Assembly (NCBI GenBank): GCA_964016885.1
Contig: OZ024749.1
Coordinates: 51,088,001-51,152,000 of the forward strand
Reading direction: 5' to 3'
DNA: 64,000 nt
Source of the DNA: Eledone cirrhosa
Taxonomy: Eukaryota
In this document: one piece after another, positions 14,835-29,198 of the stretch
Layout: the number at the start of each line of letters is the position of its first letter
Numbering within the stretch: the stretch's first letter is position 1
Position numbers and translations under genes: made by a program
The notes under the pieces: model-generated
Database searches by the model: none
What the model was told of the DNA's origin: nothing
Seen by the model: only the letters and a program-made list of their open reading frames with translations

Positions 14835-14954
14835 TACATATATATAGACATACATATATATATAGAGAGAGAGAGGGAAGCATATATATATATATTTATA
14901 TATATATATATATATAGTATAAAATGGTAGCACCATAGCTACCATTATACACAA

Positions 14955-15035
<81 letters not shown>

Positions 15036-15619
15036 TAATGAAAACTGTTTATAGATTTGATTTATATATGATCAAAGTCAGAGAAAGTGACGTTGGGTGG
15101 TGGTGGTGGTGACAAAAGAAAAGAGATTTAGAGAAAAAGTAAAAGTTATCAGTAAAATTAACGAGGAAATAAACAACTACAGCAATTGTAACAAGAACAG
15201 CAACAGGAGCAATAACAAGAAGCTCAGTATCAAGAATAACGACAATGAAACAAGAAGAATCAACGACGACAATAACAACAGCAACAACAAAGAGACATCC
15301 ACAACATAGAAATAACATAAGTCTTTGGAAATCAAACTAATAAAATGTAAAAAGAAAAAAGACAAGATGGCGCAACAGATGAATAAAAGTATCTGCTGCA
15401 AATGTGTACAATAAATAGACATGTTTAAAGCGTATTTTCAGTGAAGTGTTGGAGATAAATACGTAATGTCTGGCAAAATATTTGATGCTAAAAACTAATA
15501 TTTGACATCCACGAGAAGGAAGAGAATATAACAAAAACAACAACAGCAACAACAAAAATTGTAATAATAGTAATAATAATAATAACGATGACGATGATTA
15601 TGATGATGACGCTAACAAG

Positions 15620-15753
15620 GAAGAAGAAGAAGAAGAAGAAGAAGAAGAAGAAGAAGAAGAAGAAGAAGAAGAAGAAGAAGAAGAAGAAGAAGAAGAAGAA
15701 GAAGAAGAAGAAGAAGAAGAAGAAGAAGAAGAAGAAGAAGAAGAAGAAGAAGA
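15620..15753. repeat. (GAA)n microsatellite
   Basis: Direct reading. Confidence 0.95.
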
Positions 15754-15993
15754 TAATAAAAAAAAAAAATAATGCTTTCTAAATGATTTATAGAGATCAG
15801 ATCCTCTCTAGTTTTATCGTAGCAAGACAAAACAACTTATGATACGACATACATCAAAGAAATCCTTTTCTTGTTATTAATGTCGCTCCATCCGCGGCAG
15901 TTGTGACAATGGCGAAAGAGAAGGGGGACAGGAATGTCTGCATCCAGCACACAAATATGCAAATATATTCTACATATATAGATATAGACATAC

Positions 15994-16089
<96 letters not shown>

Positions 16090-16238
16090 TATATGTATAT
16101 ATATATATATCTGTATATATATATAAATACATATATATATATATGTGTATGTATATATATAAATACACATATAGACAAACATACACGCCCACACATATAC
16201 GCATACATATATACGTACATACAATCAGTCAGACAGAC

Positions 16239-16274
<36 letters not shown>

Positions 16275-16275
16275 A

Positions 16276-16342
<67 letters not shown>

Positions 16343-16563
16343 GTATATATATGTATATATATGTATATATATGTATATATATATATATGTATGTATATTT
16401 ATATCTATATACATACATATACGTACAATCATGTCGACATATATACATAATTACATACATGTATCGTATGTATAAGTTCATATCTACAAATGATCATCTT
16501 TCTATAATTTTTCTTTTTGGCATATTATATACTCATAATTTATGAGATATATATATGTATATA

Positions 16564-16646
<83 letters not shown>

Positions 16647-17177
16647 CATAGATACATACGTACATATTTATATGTATATATGTATATATTTATGCATATA
16701 TATAATAGTCGTTTAATCTAATATTCTTTATATAGAGAGAGATAATTTTTTTTAGGATATCTATAATAGTAAATGTAACCATATATATATATGTGTGTGT
16801 ATATATATATATACATATATATAGAGAAAAATGGGCAGATATCCTGATATTCAGATATATTGTACAAAACTCTATTTGTCTAAGAATACATTTGAAGATG
16901 GAATAAGTATGTGTGGCTAAATCTAATAAGAACTACCCGATTTTTCTAATATTTATACTAAACACCAGGCAATGGTCACGTTGGTGTCTAGAATTCGTTT
17001 CTTTTTATATTGTTGTTGTTCTTCTTATTAATATTTTTCTTCGTTTTCATTGTCGTTCTTTTTTTTTTTCTTTCTTTATTATATTAGGTTTTGGCGGATC
17101 TTCTAAGAAACCAATCGGTTATTTTTCCATATTGATGTGGGATGTAGATATGTTACCTTACAGCACCATGGGAAAAG

Positions 17178-17306
<129 letters not shown>

Positions 17307-17353
17307 TATGTATGTATGTATATATATTCGTACATACATGTACATACATGCAT

Positions 17354-17420
<67 letters not shown>

Positions 17421-17503
17421 CATACACACAAATTCATACATATACATACATGTTCATTTACATACATACATATATAGTCACATATACATATATACATATA
17501 TAC

Positions 17504-17601
<98 letters not shown>

Positions 17602-17932
17602 ATATATAATACAATAACTGATTTCTCGGAAGATCACAAAACTGAAAGAAGAAAGAAAGAAGAATAAAAAAAAAAGAGAGAAACTCAAAAATAAGACAAA
17701 AAAAAACAAGATGGACACAGGAAAAATAAGTTCAGTAGACATCTATATGACTGCCGCCTACTGTTTAGTACAAATATCGGGTTTTGCTAGTAAGATTTGT
17801 CGACACATAATTATTTGTAGCTTCAAATGTGTTCCTTGACAAATAGCGATTTGTACAATATATCTGGCTAGTTTCTGTATATATTTATACATGTATGTAT
17901 ATATAAATAAACATATGTGCGTGTATATATAT

Positions 17933-18043
<111 letters not shown>

Positions 18044-18278
18044 TATATATATATATAGTTACATTTATCATACTGCACATCCTGATAAAATCTATATGTA
18101 AAGAATATTAGATTAGGCGACTGACTTATCTATGAATGTGTGTGTATATATATGTATATATATATATATATATATATACTGAAGACATGAAAACAAAATA
18201 AAAATATATAAATATACAAGGAATATGAAGATTTGTTGGAAGGATCAAATATATATTTGCATACTTATGTGTGTGTGT

Positions 18279-18320
<42 letters not shown>

Positions 18321-18357
18321 ATTATTATTATTATTACTTGTGTTTATGACTATATAC

Positions 18358-18472
<115 letters not shown>

Positions 18473-18659
18473 TAATTTAATATATCAACTAACATAAGCG
18501 CACAGATGCACGCCCATGCCAGCAAATACACAGGTTATGTCATAGTACCTAGGTGGTTCAATGCAGGAGAATGCAGAACAATAATATAAAGGACGTAAAA
18601 TAAGAAAATATTTTTTTAAAAAAAATTTTAAAAAAATTTTTTTTCTTACTTAAATTTTC

Positions 18660-18741
18660 ACTCCAACTAATTAGTTTCTGCAATGGGATAAAGACAGTTA
18701 TGTAATCCAACTGTCGAGAATTCATTGCGTCATCAGGAAGT
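18660..18741 (-). ncRNA. type I hammerhead ribozyme, array unit 1
   Basis: acttc-CTGATGA-c-gcaatg..gacagtt(ggattacat)aactgtc..cattgc-a-GAAA-ctaattag-TT^ggagt. Helix I acttc/ggagt, two-part helix II, palindromic helix III actaattagt. Confidence 0.8.
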
Positions 18742-19219
18742 CTATTCTCAGTTAAGTCTCCAGGCAATGCGCGGACACTGGCGGCTCATATAAAAATAAT
18801 AATAATTCGGTAGATCGAACAGCTTGCGAGGACTGGATTCTATGTACCGAAATTCTCACTGCTTCAAGTCAAATGGCCGATTCTAAAGAATCAATCACGT
18901 GACACAGAGGCTAGTTAGAAGGAATGGGATGGTAAGATGACTGACGCCTACTAACACCCCAAAAAAAAAATTTTTTTAGAAGTGGTTTTGACAAGTTTGC
19001 TCGACAAATCAGTGATTTGGAGATAAATATAGATAATTTAATATATCAACTAACATAAGCGCACAGATGCACGCCCATGCCAGCAAATACACAGGTTATG
19101 TCATAGTACCTAGGTGGTTCAATGCAGGAGAATGCAGAACAATAATATAAAGGACGTAAAATAAGAAAATATTTTTTTAAAAAAATTTAAAAAAAATTTT
19201 TTTTCTTACTTAAATTTTC

Positions 19220-19301
19220 ACTCCAACTAATTAGTTTCTGCAATGGGATAAAGACAGTTATGTAATCCAACTGTCGAGAATTCATTGCGTCATCAGGAAG
19301 T
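19220..19301 (-). ncRNA. type I hammerhead ribozyme, array unit 2
   Basis: Same 82-nt motif as unit 1. Confidence 0.8.
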
Positions 19302-19777
19302 CTATTCTCAGTTAAGTCTCCAGGCAATGCGCGGACACTGGCGGCTCATATAAAAATAATAATAATTCGGTAGATCGAACAGCTTGCGAGGACTGGATTC
19401 TATGTACCGAAATTCTCACTGCTTCAAGTCAAATGGCCGATTCTAAAGAATCAATCACGTGACACAGAGGCTAGTTAGAAGGAATGGGATGGTAAGATGA
19501 CTGACGCCTACTAACACCCCAAAAAAAAATTTTTTTAGAAGTGGTTTTGACAAGTTTGCTCGACAAATCAGTGATTTGGAGATAAATATAGATAATTTAA
19601 TATATCAACTAACATAAGCGCACAGATGCACGCCCATGCCAGCAAATACACAGGTTATGTCATAGTACCTAGGTGGTTCAATGCAGGAGAATGCAGAACA
19701 ATAATATAAAGGACGTAAAATAAGAAAATATTTTTTAAAAAAATTTAAAAAAAATTTTTTTTCTTACTTAAATTTTC

Positions 19778-19859
19778 ACTCCAACTAATTAGTTTCTGCA
19801 ATGGGATAAAGACAGTTATGTAATCCAACTGTCGAGAATTCATTGCGTCATCAGGAAGT
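19778..19859 (-). ncRNA. type I hammerhead ribozyme, array unit 3
   Basis: Same 82-nt motif as unit 1. Confidence 0.8.
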
Positions 19860-20336
19860 CTATTCTCAGTTAAGTCTCCAGGCAATGCGCGGACACTGGC
19901 GGCTCATATAAAAATAATAATAATTCGGTAGATCGAACAGCTTGCGAGGACTGGATTCTATGTACCGAAATTCTCACTGCTTCAAGTCAAATGGCCGATT
20001 CTAAAGAATCAATCACGTGACACAGAGGCTAGTTAGAAGGAATGGGATGGTAAGATGACTGACGCCTACTAACACCCCAAAAAAAAATTTTTTTAGAAGT
20101 GGTTTTGACAAGTTTGCTCGACAAATCAGTGATTTGGAGATAAATATAGATAATTTAATATATCAACTAACATAAGCGCACAGATGCACGCCCATGCCAG
20201 CAAATACACAGGTTATGTCATAGTACCTAGGTGGTTCAATGCAGGAGAATGCAGAACAATAATATAAAGGACGTAAAATAAGAAAATATTTTTTTAAAAA
20301 AATTTAAAAAAAATTTTTTTTCTTACTTAAATTTTC

Positions 20337-20418
20337 ACTCCAACTAATTAGTTTCTGCAATGGGATAAAGACAGTTATGTAATCCAACTGTCGAGAATTC
20401 ATTGCGTCATCAGGAAGT
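20337..20418 (-). ncRNA. type I hammerhead ribozyme, array unit 4
   Basis: Same 82-nt motif as unit 1. Confidence 0.8.
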
Positions 20419-20896
20419 CTATTCTCAGTTAAGTCTCCAGGCAATGCGCGGACACTGGCGGCTCATATAAAAATAATAATAATTCGGTAGATCGAACAGC
20501 TTGCGAGGACTGGATTCTATGTACCGAAATTCTCACTGCTTCAAGTCAAATGGCCGATTCTAAAGAATCAATCACGTGACACAAAGGCTAGTTAGAAGGA
20601 ATGGGATGGTAAGATGACTGACGCCTACTAACACCCCAAAAAAAAATTTTTTTAGAAGTGGTTTTGACAAGTTTGCTCGACAAATCAGTGATTTGGAGAT
20701 AAATATAGATAATTTAATATATCAACTAACATAAGCGCACAGATGCACGCCCATGCCAGCAAATACACAGGTTATGTCATAGTACCTAGGTGGTTCAATG
20801 CAGGAGAATGCAGAACAATAATATAAAGGACGTAAAATAAGAAAATATTTTTTTAAAAAAATTTAAAAAAAATTTTTTTTTCTTACTTAAATTTTC

Positions 20897-20978
20897 ACTC
20901 CAACTAATTAGTTTCTGCAATGGGATAAAGACAGTTATGTAATCCAACTGTCGAGAATTCATTGCGTCATCAGGAAGT
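20897..20978 (-). ncRNA. type I hammerhead ribozyme, array unit 5
   Basis: Same 82-nt motif as unit 1. Confidence 0.8.
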
Positions 20979-21687
20979 CTATTCTCAGTTAAGTCTCCAG
21001 GCAATGCGCGGACACTGGCGGCTCATATAAAAATAATAATAATTCGGTAGATCGAACAGCTTGCGAGGACTGGATTCTATGTACCGAAATTCTCACTGCT
21101 TCAAGTCAAATGGCCGATTCTAAAGAATCAATCACGTGACACAGAGGCTAGTTAGAAGGAATGGGATGGTAAGATGACTGACGCCTACTAACACCCCAAA
21201 AAAAAAAATTTTTTTAGAAGTGGTTTTGACAAGTTTGCTCGACAAATCAGTGATTTGGAGATAAATATAGATAATTTAATATATCAACTAACATAAGCGC
21301 ACAGATGCACGCCCATGCCAGAAAAAAAATTTTTTTTAAATTTTTTTAAAAAAATATTTTCTTATTTTACGTCCTTTATATTATTGTTCTGCATTTATAA
21401 TATTTTCTTATTTCACTGATTTGTCGAGCAAACTTGTCAAAACCACTTCTAAAAAAATTTTTTTTTTGGGGGTGTTAGTAGGCGTCAGTCATCTTACCAT
21501 CCCATTCCTTCTAACTAGCCTCTGTGTCACGTGATTGATTCTTTAGAATCGGCCATTTGACTTGAAGCAGTGAGAATTTCGGTACATAGAATCCAGTCCT
21601 CGCAAGCTGTTCGATCTACCGAATTATTATTATTTTTATATGAGCCGCCAGTGTCCGCGCATTGCCTGGAGACTTAACTGAGAATAG

Positions 21688-21769
21688 ACTTCCTGATGAC
21701 GCAATGAATTCTCGACAGTTGGATTACATAACTGTCTTTATCCCATTGCAGAAACTAATTAGTTGGAGT
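21688..21769 (+). ncRNA. type I hammerhead ribozyme, inverted copy
   Basis: Same motif on the plus strand: CTGATGA 21693-21699, GAAA 21751-21754, predicted cleavage after 21764. Confidence 0.8.
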
Positions 21770-21836
21770 GAAAATTTAAGTAAGAAAAAAAATTTTTTTT
21801 AAATTTTTTTAAAAAAATATTTTCTTATTTTACGTC

Positions 21837-22027
<191 letters not shown>

Positions 22028-22355
22028 ATTACATGTATTTGTATTGGACATGTATATGATTTACCTATGTATATATAGATATATAGGTGTACGCATATAG
22101 GTGTGTTTATATGTGTGTGTCCGACTGTTTGTAGCTGTGTGTATGTGTACCTGTGTGTCTGTCTGTATGTCCGTGTGTCTGTCCGTGTGTATGTATATGA
22201 TAGAGACATACAAAAGCTTAGTATAAGAAGTGGAGAAGTTTGTTAAACAATTCAAATTATGAGATTCATCTGGGCTCAACTCTAAATAGTCGTCGTTGCT
22301 CTTCCATGACGTAATATCAAATAGATTCTTCATTCTTCTCTGTATTATCGTATGT

Positions 22356-22718
22356 GTGAATTGGCAGTATCGGTAGAGGGTCGCACGCCATGCTTTGCAG
22401 CACAGTTACGGCCCTTTATGATCTGAGTTCAAATCCCGCCGAGGTTAACTTTGCCTTTCATCTTTACGGGGTCGATAAAATAAAGTACCAATAATGTACT
22501 GGGTAATTGCTGGCCTTGTGCCAATAGTAGAAACAATTATTTGGATTCGCACTATCGGTAGAAGTTGGATGACATGCTTTTCAGCATAGAGTTAGGGCTC
22601 TTTACTCCCTGAGTTCATATCCCGCCGAGGTTAAATTTGCCTTTCACCCTTACGGGGTGGATAAAATAATGTATCAGTAATGCACTGCTGGCCTTGTGCC
22701 AAAAGTAGAAACAATTAT
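22356..22718 (+). mobile_element. two head-to-tail SINE family A copies
   Basis: A-box tggcagtatcggtag, B-box gagttcaaatccc, each copy ending gtagaaacaattat (to 22540 and 22718). Confidence 0.85.
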
Positions 22719-22734
22719 CATATGTGTGAATAAC

Positions 22735-22915
22735 ACATGGTTTAGTGGTTAGAGCTTTGGGGTTACAATCGTCAGGTTGTGAGTTCGATTCCCGGACCAG
22801 ACGGTGCGTTGTTTACTTGAGCAAAACACTTTATTTCTAGCTTACTCAGTTGTAGAAATGAGTTGCCATGTTTTGGGGGCCAAGCTATATCGTCCTTTGC
22901 CTGCCCCTTGGACTA
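22735..22915 (+). mobile_element. tRNA-derived SINE family B
   Basis: tggtttagtggttaga A-box, gagttcgattccc B-box, cttgagcaaaacactttattt core. Related to 33345 and 55701. Confidence 0.75.
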
Positions 22916-22935
22916 CATCAAATATAGTGTATATA

Positions 22936-23027
<92 letters not shown>

Positions 23028-23085
23028 TGCATGTATATATAAGATAGATAGATAGATAGATAGATAGATATATTTATAGATAGAT

Positions 23086-23460
23086 ATGTTTCTTTATTAG
23101 CCACAGGGGCACAAAAGAAGGGGACAAATACAAAGGGGGAAGTTTACATACAATAAAAACGTGTAAAATGTTATCACAGATGGAATTTAAAAGTTAGTCG
23201 ATTTTCCCCAATAGAGGGAGACAGTTTATATGGGTAACACATACCCCCGAAAAAAAATGTGCAACCCTCATCTCCAGGAGTACGAAGAGCTTGTACTCCT
23301 TTCCTCTCCTCCTCCTTTTCCTCAACCTACAGGCTGATATAGAGAGAAGGCCCATTCACTCGGGCCATTCTCGCCACTTTCACCCACCTTTCATAAAACT
23401 TGCTGGGGTACAGCACCTCTCTCTCCATCCTGATTCTTCTTCCAAAGTGGTATTTGAAAA

Positions 23461-23463
<3 letters not shown>
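23086..23463 (-). mobile_element. 5'-truncated Tx1-like LINE (sister family) in (GATA)n
   Basis: 23327-23463 translates to FFKYHFGRRIRMEREVLYPSKFYERWVKVARMARVNGPSLYISL*, homologous to the ORF2 C-terminus at 48676. AATAAA then a (TATC)n tail; (GATA)n on both sides. Confidence 0.9.
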
Positions 23464-23523
<60 letters not shown>

Positions 23524-23844
23524 TATTTATAGATAGGTAGATATATTTATAGATAGATAGATAGATTTATAGATAGATAGATAGATAGATTTATTTAGGG
23601 CGCAAAAGATGTGGACAAATACAATTGGGGAGTTTACATACAAGGTGTGTAAAAATATAGATAGATAGATGGGGGGTTGTGTCTATTATGTCTCTATGTA
23701 CGTGTTTGTGTATTAAGATAGAAATGACACCAACTGAAATTAATGAACCACGGCGAAAACACTTGTTAGGATTTTTGTCATCAAAGTAAGTTCAAATATT
23801 TTTAAGTGATACTATAGAGAATTTGCATTCAAATAAACAAATCA

Positions 23845-25437
23845 CCCACGCCAACACCACCACCACAGCCACCAACACCAACACCACAGCCACCAACACC
23901 ACCACCACAGCCACCACCAACGCCACAGCCACCAACACCACCACCACAGCCACCAACACCACCACCACAGCCACCAACACCAACACCACAGCCACCAACA
24001 CCACCACCACAGCCACCAACACCACCACCACAGCCACCAACACCACCACCACAGCCACCAACACCACCACCACAGCCACCAACACCACCACCACAGCCAC
24101 CAACACCACCACCACAGCCACCAACACCACCACCACAGCCACCAACACCACCACCACAGCCATCAACACCACCACCACAGCCACCACCAACGCCATCGCC
24201 GCCACCATGGTAACCACCACCACCAACAACAACAACAACAACGACAACGCCGCTACCACCACCACCACCACTACCAACGCCAACGCCGCCACGACTACCA
24301 CCACCAACGCCGCCACCACCGCCGCCACCATCGTAACCACCAACGCCGCCGCCACCGCCACCACCAATGCCATCGCCACCACCACCACCACTACAACCGT
24401 AACCACCAACGCCGCCATCACCACCACCACCAATGCCACCGCCACCACCACTACAACCGTAACCACCAACGCCGCCATCACCACCACCACCAATGCCAAC
24501 GCCACCACCACCACCACTACAACCGTAACCACCAACGCCGCCATCACCACCACCACCAATGCCAACGCCACCACCACCACCACCACTACAACCGTAACCA
24601 CCAACGCCGCCATCACCACCACCACCAATGCCAACGCCGCCACCACCACCACTACAACCGTAACCACCAACGCCGCCATCACCATCACCACCAATGCCAA
24701 CGCCGCCACCACCACCACTACAACCGTAACCACCAACGCCGCCACCACCACCACCACCAATGCCAACGCCACCACCACCACCACTACAACCGTAACCACC
24801 AACGCCGCCATCACCACCACCACCAATGCCAACGCCGCCACCACCACCACTACAACCGTAACCACCAACGCCGCCATCACCATCACCACCAATGCCAACG
24901 CCACCACCACCACCACCACTACAACCGTAACCACCAACGCCGCCATCACCACCACCACCAATGCCAACGCCGCCACCACCACCACTACAACCGTAACCAC
25001 CAACGCCGCCATCACCATCACCACCAATGCCAACGCCGCCACCACCACCACTACAACCGTAACCACCAACGCCGCCATCACCACCACCACCAATGCCAAC
25101 GCCACCGCCACCACCACCACCACTACAACCGTAACCACCAACGCCGCCATCACCACCACCACCAATGCCAACGCCACCGCCACCACCACCACCACTACAA
25201 CCGTAACCACCAACGCCGCCATCACCACCACCACCAATGCCAACGCCGCCACCACCACCACCACTACAACCGTAACCACCAACGCCGCCATCACCACCAC
25301 CACCAATGCCAACGCCACCGCCACCACCACCACCACTACAACCGTAACCACCAACGCCGCCGCCATCACCACCACCACCAATGCCAACGCCGCCACCACC
25401 ACCACTACAATCGTAACCACCATCATCATCATCATCA
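23845..25437. repeat. ACC-derived compound minisatellite (21-bp block, then ~60-bp units)
   Basis: Units accaacaccaccaccacagcc, then ...actacaaccgtaaccaccaacgccgccatcaccaccaccaccaatgccaacgcc... repeated about 17 times. Confidence 0.9.
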
Positions 25438-25689
25438 TTATCCAACTAACAGTTTTCGAGAGTAAAGCAGATAGTTATATGATGATATTTTAAAGGGGGG
25501 GGGGGGGGGGGTAGTGCTATGATATCATTTACAGCCATGTTTGACTGTGAAATATGGCTGGCAATGTCATATAATATATAATATACTCTTATTAGAATGG
25601 TGAGAAGAGAAATATTTAATGTTTCAGATCTGAAGTGATATGTGACAGAATGTACAGTTAGTAGTGAATATTGATTAGTTTCGTCTTTG

Positions 25690-25691
<2 letters not shown>

Positions 25692-25721
<30 letters not shown>

Positions 25722-26156
25722 CTTCTTCTTTCTTCTTCTTCTTCTTCTTCTTCCTCTCCTTCTTCTTCCTTCTCCTTCTTCTTCTTCTTCTTCTCCTTCT
25801 TCTTCTTCTTCTTCTTCTTCCTCTCCTTCTTCTTCTTCTTCTTCTTCTTCTTCTCTTCTTCTTCCTCTCCTTCTTCTCTTCCTCTCCTTCTTCTTCTTCC
25901 TCTCCTTCTTCTTCTTCTTCTTCTTCTTCTTCCTCTCCTTCTTCTTCCTCTCCTTCTTCCTTCTTCCTCTCCTTCTTCTTCTTCTTCTTCTCCTTCTTTT
26001 CTTCTTCTTCTTCTCTCCTTCTTCTTCTTCTTCTTCTTCTTCTTCCTCTCCTTCTTCTTCCTCTCCTTCTTCTTCTTCTTCTTCTCCTTCTTCTTCTTCT
26101 TCTTCTTCTTCTCCTTCTTCTTTCTTCTTCTTCTTCTTCTTCTTCTTCTTCCTCTC

Positions 26157-26202
<46 letters not shown>

Positions 26203-26305
26203 TTCTTCTTCTTCTTCTTCCTCTCCTTCTTCTTCTTCTTCTTCTTCTTCTTCTTCTTCTCATCCTCCTCATCCTTCTTCTTCTTTTTCTTCTTCTTCTT
26301 CTTCA
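25692..26305. repeat. (CTT)n degenerate tract
   Basis: Direct reading. Confidence 0.95.
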
Positions 26306-27689
26306 TTACCTTTTCCTTCGTCTTCTTCGTCGTTTTTTCAATATTGTGTGTGTGTGAGTGTGGGGGGTTGTCATTTTTTATTATAGTTCTATTTACATCT
26401 CGGTTGCGTTGTAGGAATATTAAATCAACCATAGTACTTGACAGATACATTATTTTGCTGACCCTCCACTAGCACCACCACACACACGCACACATATCCA
26501 TGCACTCACACAGACGCGCACACACACACATACTCGGAAAAATGAGAGAAAAGTTTGATGTGAGCGGGATTTAAACTCGAGTTTTAACGTGAAATGTCAT
26601 GAACTAAATACTACAGAGCAGTTTGTCCTCTCGGTAACTCTAAATCTAAAGTTTCTGCCCATCGTTCCTGCTGCTGTTGCTGATACTGCTGCGGATGCTG
26701 AATCTATTTTTGTTTAACAGATAGGTATAAAACCGAAGTTTGGGGGGTTTGTGTTTTAGACTATGGGTCAAGCCACGTTTGGTAGATACACCTATAACCA
26801 AAAACATTCCAGCTATAACTATCATGTTTCCACTCAGTTATAAAGTATCTAAACACAACATATTCCAAAATGTCCTTCCCATGTTTGAGCCAGAGATTTA
26901 GTTGCTATTTCTAGCAGGATGAATGATTGCTATTATTACTCCTCATGGGTTTTCTTTTGTCTAATTTTTTTTTGGTGGAGTTTGGTGGGTGACTGTATGG
27001 AAAATGGAAATTATGGAGATTTGGCGGTTATTTTTATATATATATTTTTTTTTTTAATATAGATTAAAACATTTTTTAATTGAAATATTTAATTGAGCAA
27101 ACACAAGGTTTACAGCTACAATAAACCAAATGAATTCAGCTTCTGAGAGAGAGATAAAGAAAAAGAATTAGAAAGAATGGTCGATTAAACAGATAAATAG
27201 ATAGGTGGGAGACAGCAGATTGTGATAGTACTGGCTGTCTTGTGATATGACAGCTAAATATAGGGAATGGTGAGTAAGGGAAGAAGATACAGTGCAAGTA
27301 ATAGAAGACAGATGAAAAGAAGAAAAATAATGCATTAAAGTAGAGATAATAACAGTAGAGAGATGACGTGATAAAATAAAATCAGAATGAAGAGTTAGTG
27401 GACGATAGACCCAAATGATAGAAAGATAAAAAGAGACGGAGATATGTTTGAAAATGAAGAAAAGGAGTGGAGACAGAATTTGATTGAGAGAAAAAAATGA
27501 AGGAAAATATAGAGTGAGATAGATAAGAGAAATATTGAACTATGTAACTAGAGTAAGCAAGTGATAATAAAGGGGAGTAGTTGAGATAAAATGAACCAGA
27601 ATAGTTGAAAAAAGACAACATGAAACAAGATGAAAGTGTAGCTGGGTTTTATGCAAAAATATCAATAAATTACTGAAAAGAGGTAGAAA

Positions 27690-28510
27690 TATAAGCCATC
27701 AATTTTGACAGGCATTACGCTAGTATCTATATAACTAGTGTCAACTGTAATCTTAATCATATTTCACTAAATAATTTTACAAAACTAATACATGGCCCAT
27801 CATAATGCAGGAGACTAAGAGTCCATCGTTTCTATAAAAGCCACCGTGTATATTATTTTATACAAACGGTAAAAAAACATATACGATAAATTCAAATAAC
27901 TCAGCCCCTTGTCTTCTCCCATTGAGGCATTAAAAGATTGATTTCCGTTTTCCTCTTTTGTCCTGGGTAAATGGTAAAAAGCATGGGGAGTATCCTTGCG
28001 CTCTTACATATTTTAATAACGGATTCACTAATTGATTCAATGGTGTCAGTATTGGCTAAAGCTTTAAGAAAAGGTTTAGTTAGAGAGGGATAAAAATCAT
28101 TGATGTAGAAGTAGGTTTATTTACAATGTTGTGTGTCACTTTATATTAAGTTGTTATTGTTCTCTAAATGAAGGGATGTACCATATTCTTTTATTTTTAA
28201 GTATAACTGAACCTAGGATACGCTGATTACTATTCATAATTACTATTCCTATTCCTAATTCAGTTTTATGGGATTAATTAGCCTCCATTTACGTTTATTA
28301 GAAAATTACGTTTGTGATCTTTTATGGGTTTTAATTTCCGTTTGTATGGCCAAATATTGTAGCCTGTCAGTATGTGGTGGCTTGAAATATATAGCCACTA
28401 TAATAATAGAGTTGTATGTGTTGGTTAAAAATCTGTTCTATAAATAGTTTAATTCATGTTCTCTCTACCACAAACGAATTTCGGTCTCGTTCGGCTAGAT
28501 ATAAGCATAG
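27690..28510 (-). pseudogene. decayed Penelope-like (PLE) reverse transcriptase
   Basis: Ordered motifs across frameshifts: IKDHKRNF/SNKRKWRLINP (~28325-28270), FYINDFYPSLTK (~28110-28075), GNQSFNASMGED/GAELFEF (~27948-27890), GGFYRNDGLL (~27846-27817). Compare the PLE pattern LKDHK..CRLINP, FDI..FYPSI, FDVTMGS.DGAE.CELVG, GLYRDDGL. Confidence 0.75.
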
Positions 28511-28993
28511 ATTTAATTGGATTGCTGTGAATTGCGTGTCAGGCTTCGTACGTTTTGATATTTGCTCAGTAATGATGTCACAATCGTGTCCCCATTGCCA
28601 AAGTTATGTTATCTGCTATCTACAGATACTATCACCGATGACATCAACGTTTCCCAATGCCTTACGTTGTGCTATCTGCTATTAACCTATGTCATCGGTG
28701 TCATTATTTCGTCACTTCGCTACATAAAGAGTTAATCAAAGTATTACGGTGAACGGCACAACATAGGTAATTACTACAAGAATAAATGGCGTATGTGGGA
28801 TGGGGATGAGGCGGACAAGGAGCAGGAGGCAGGTTAGTGGGACTGTCTAAAAATACTCAGATGCTGGATTGTTTTTCTTACTCCCAGGATATCGTGAAAA
28901 AATACATCATTTTTTTGTTATGTTTTGTTTTTTTTGAAGTATCAGAAATCAGAAATATTCCACCGATAATATTTGACCAATTTCTAGGGTTTG

Positions 28994-29071
<78 letters not shown>

Positions 29072-29073
29072 AT

Positions 29074-29198
<125 letters not shown>

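Noticed and set aside
18558-18767. 69-aa ORF MPGDLTENRLPDD... repeated in the array (also 20795-21004)
   Set aside because: It starts at TTG, its frame varies with homopolymer length between units, and it overlaps the ribozyme, which explains the sequence better.
22735-22810. tRNA-like A/B-box sequences (also 33345, 37881, 55701)
   Set aside because: They continue into shared SINE bodies and lack a full cloverleaf, so they are SINE heads rather than tRNA genes.
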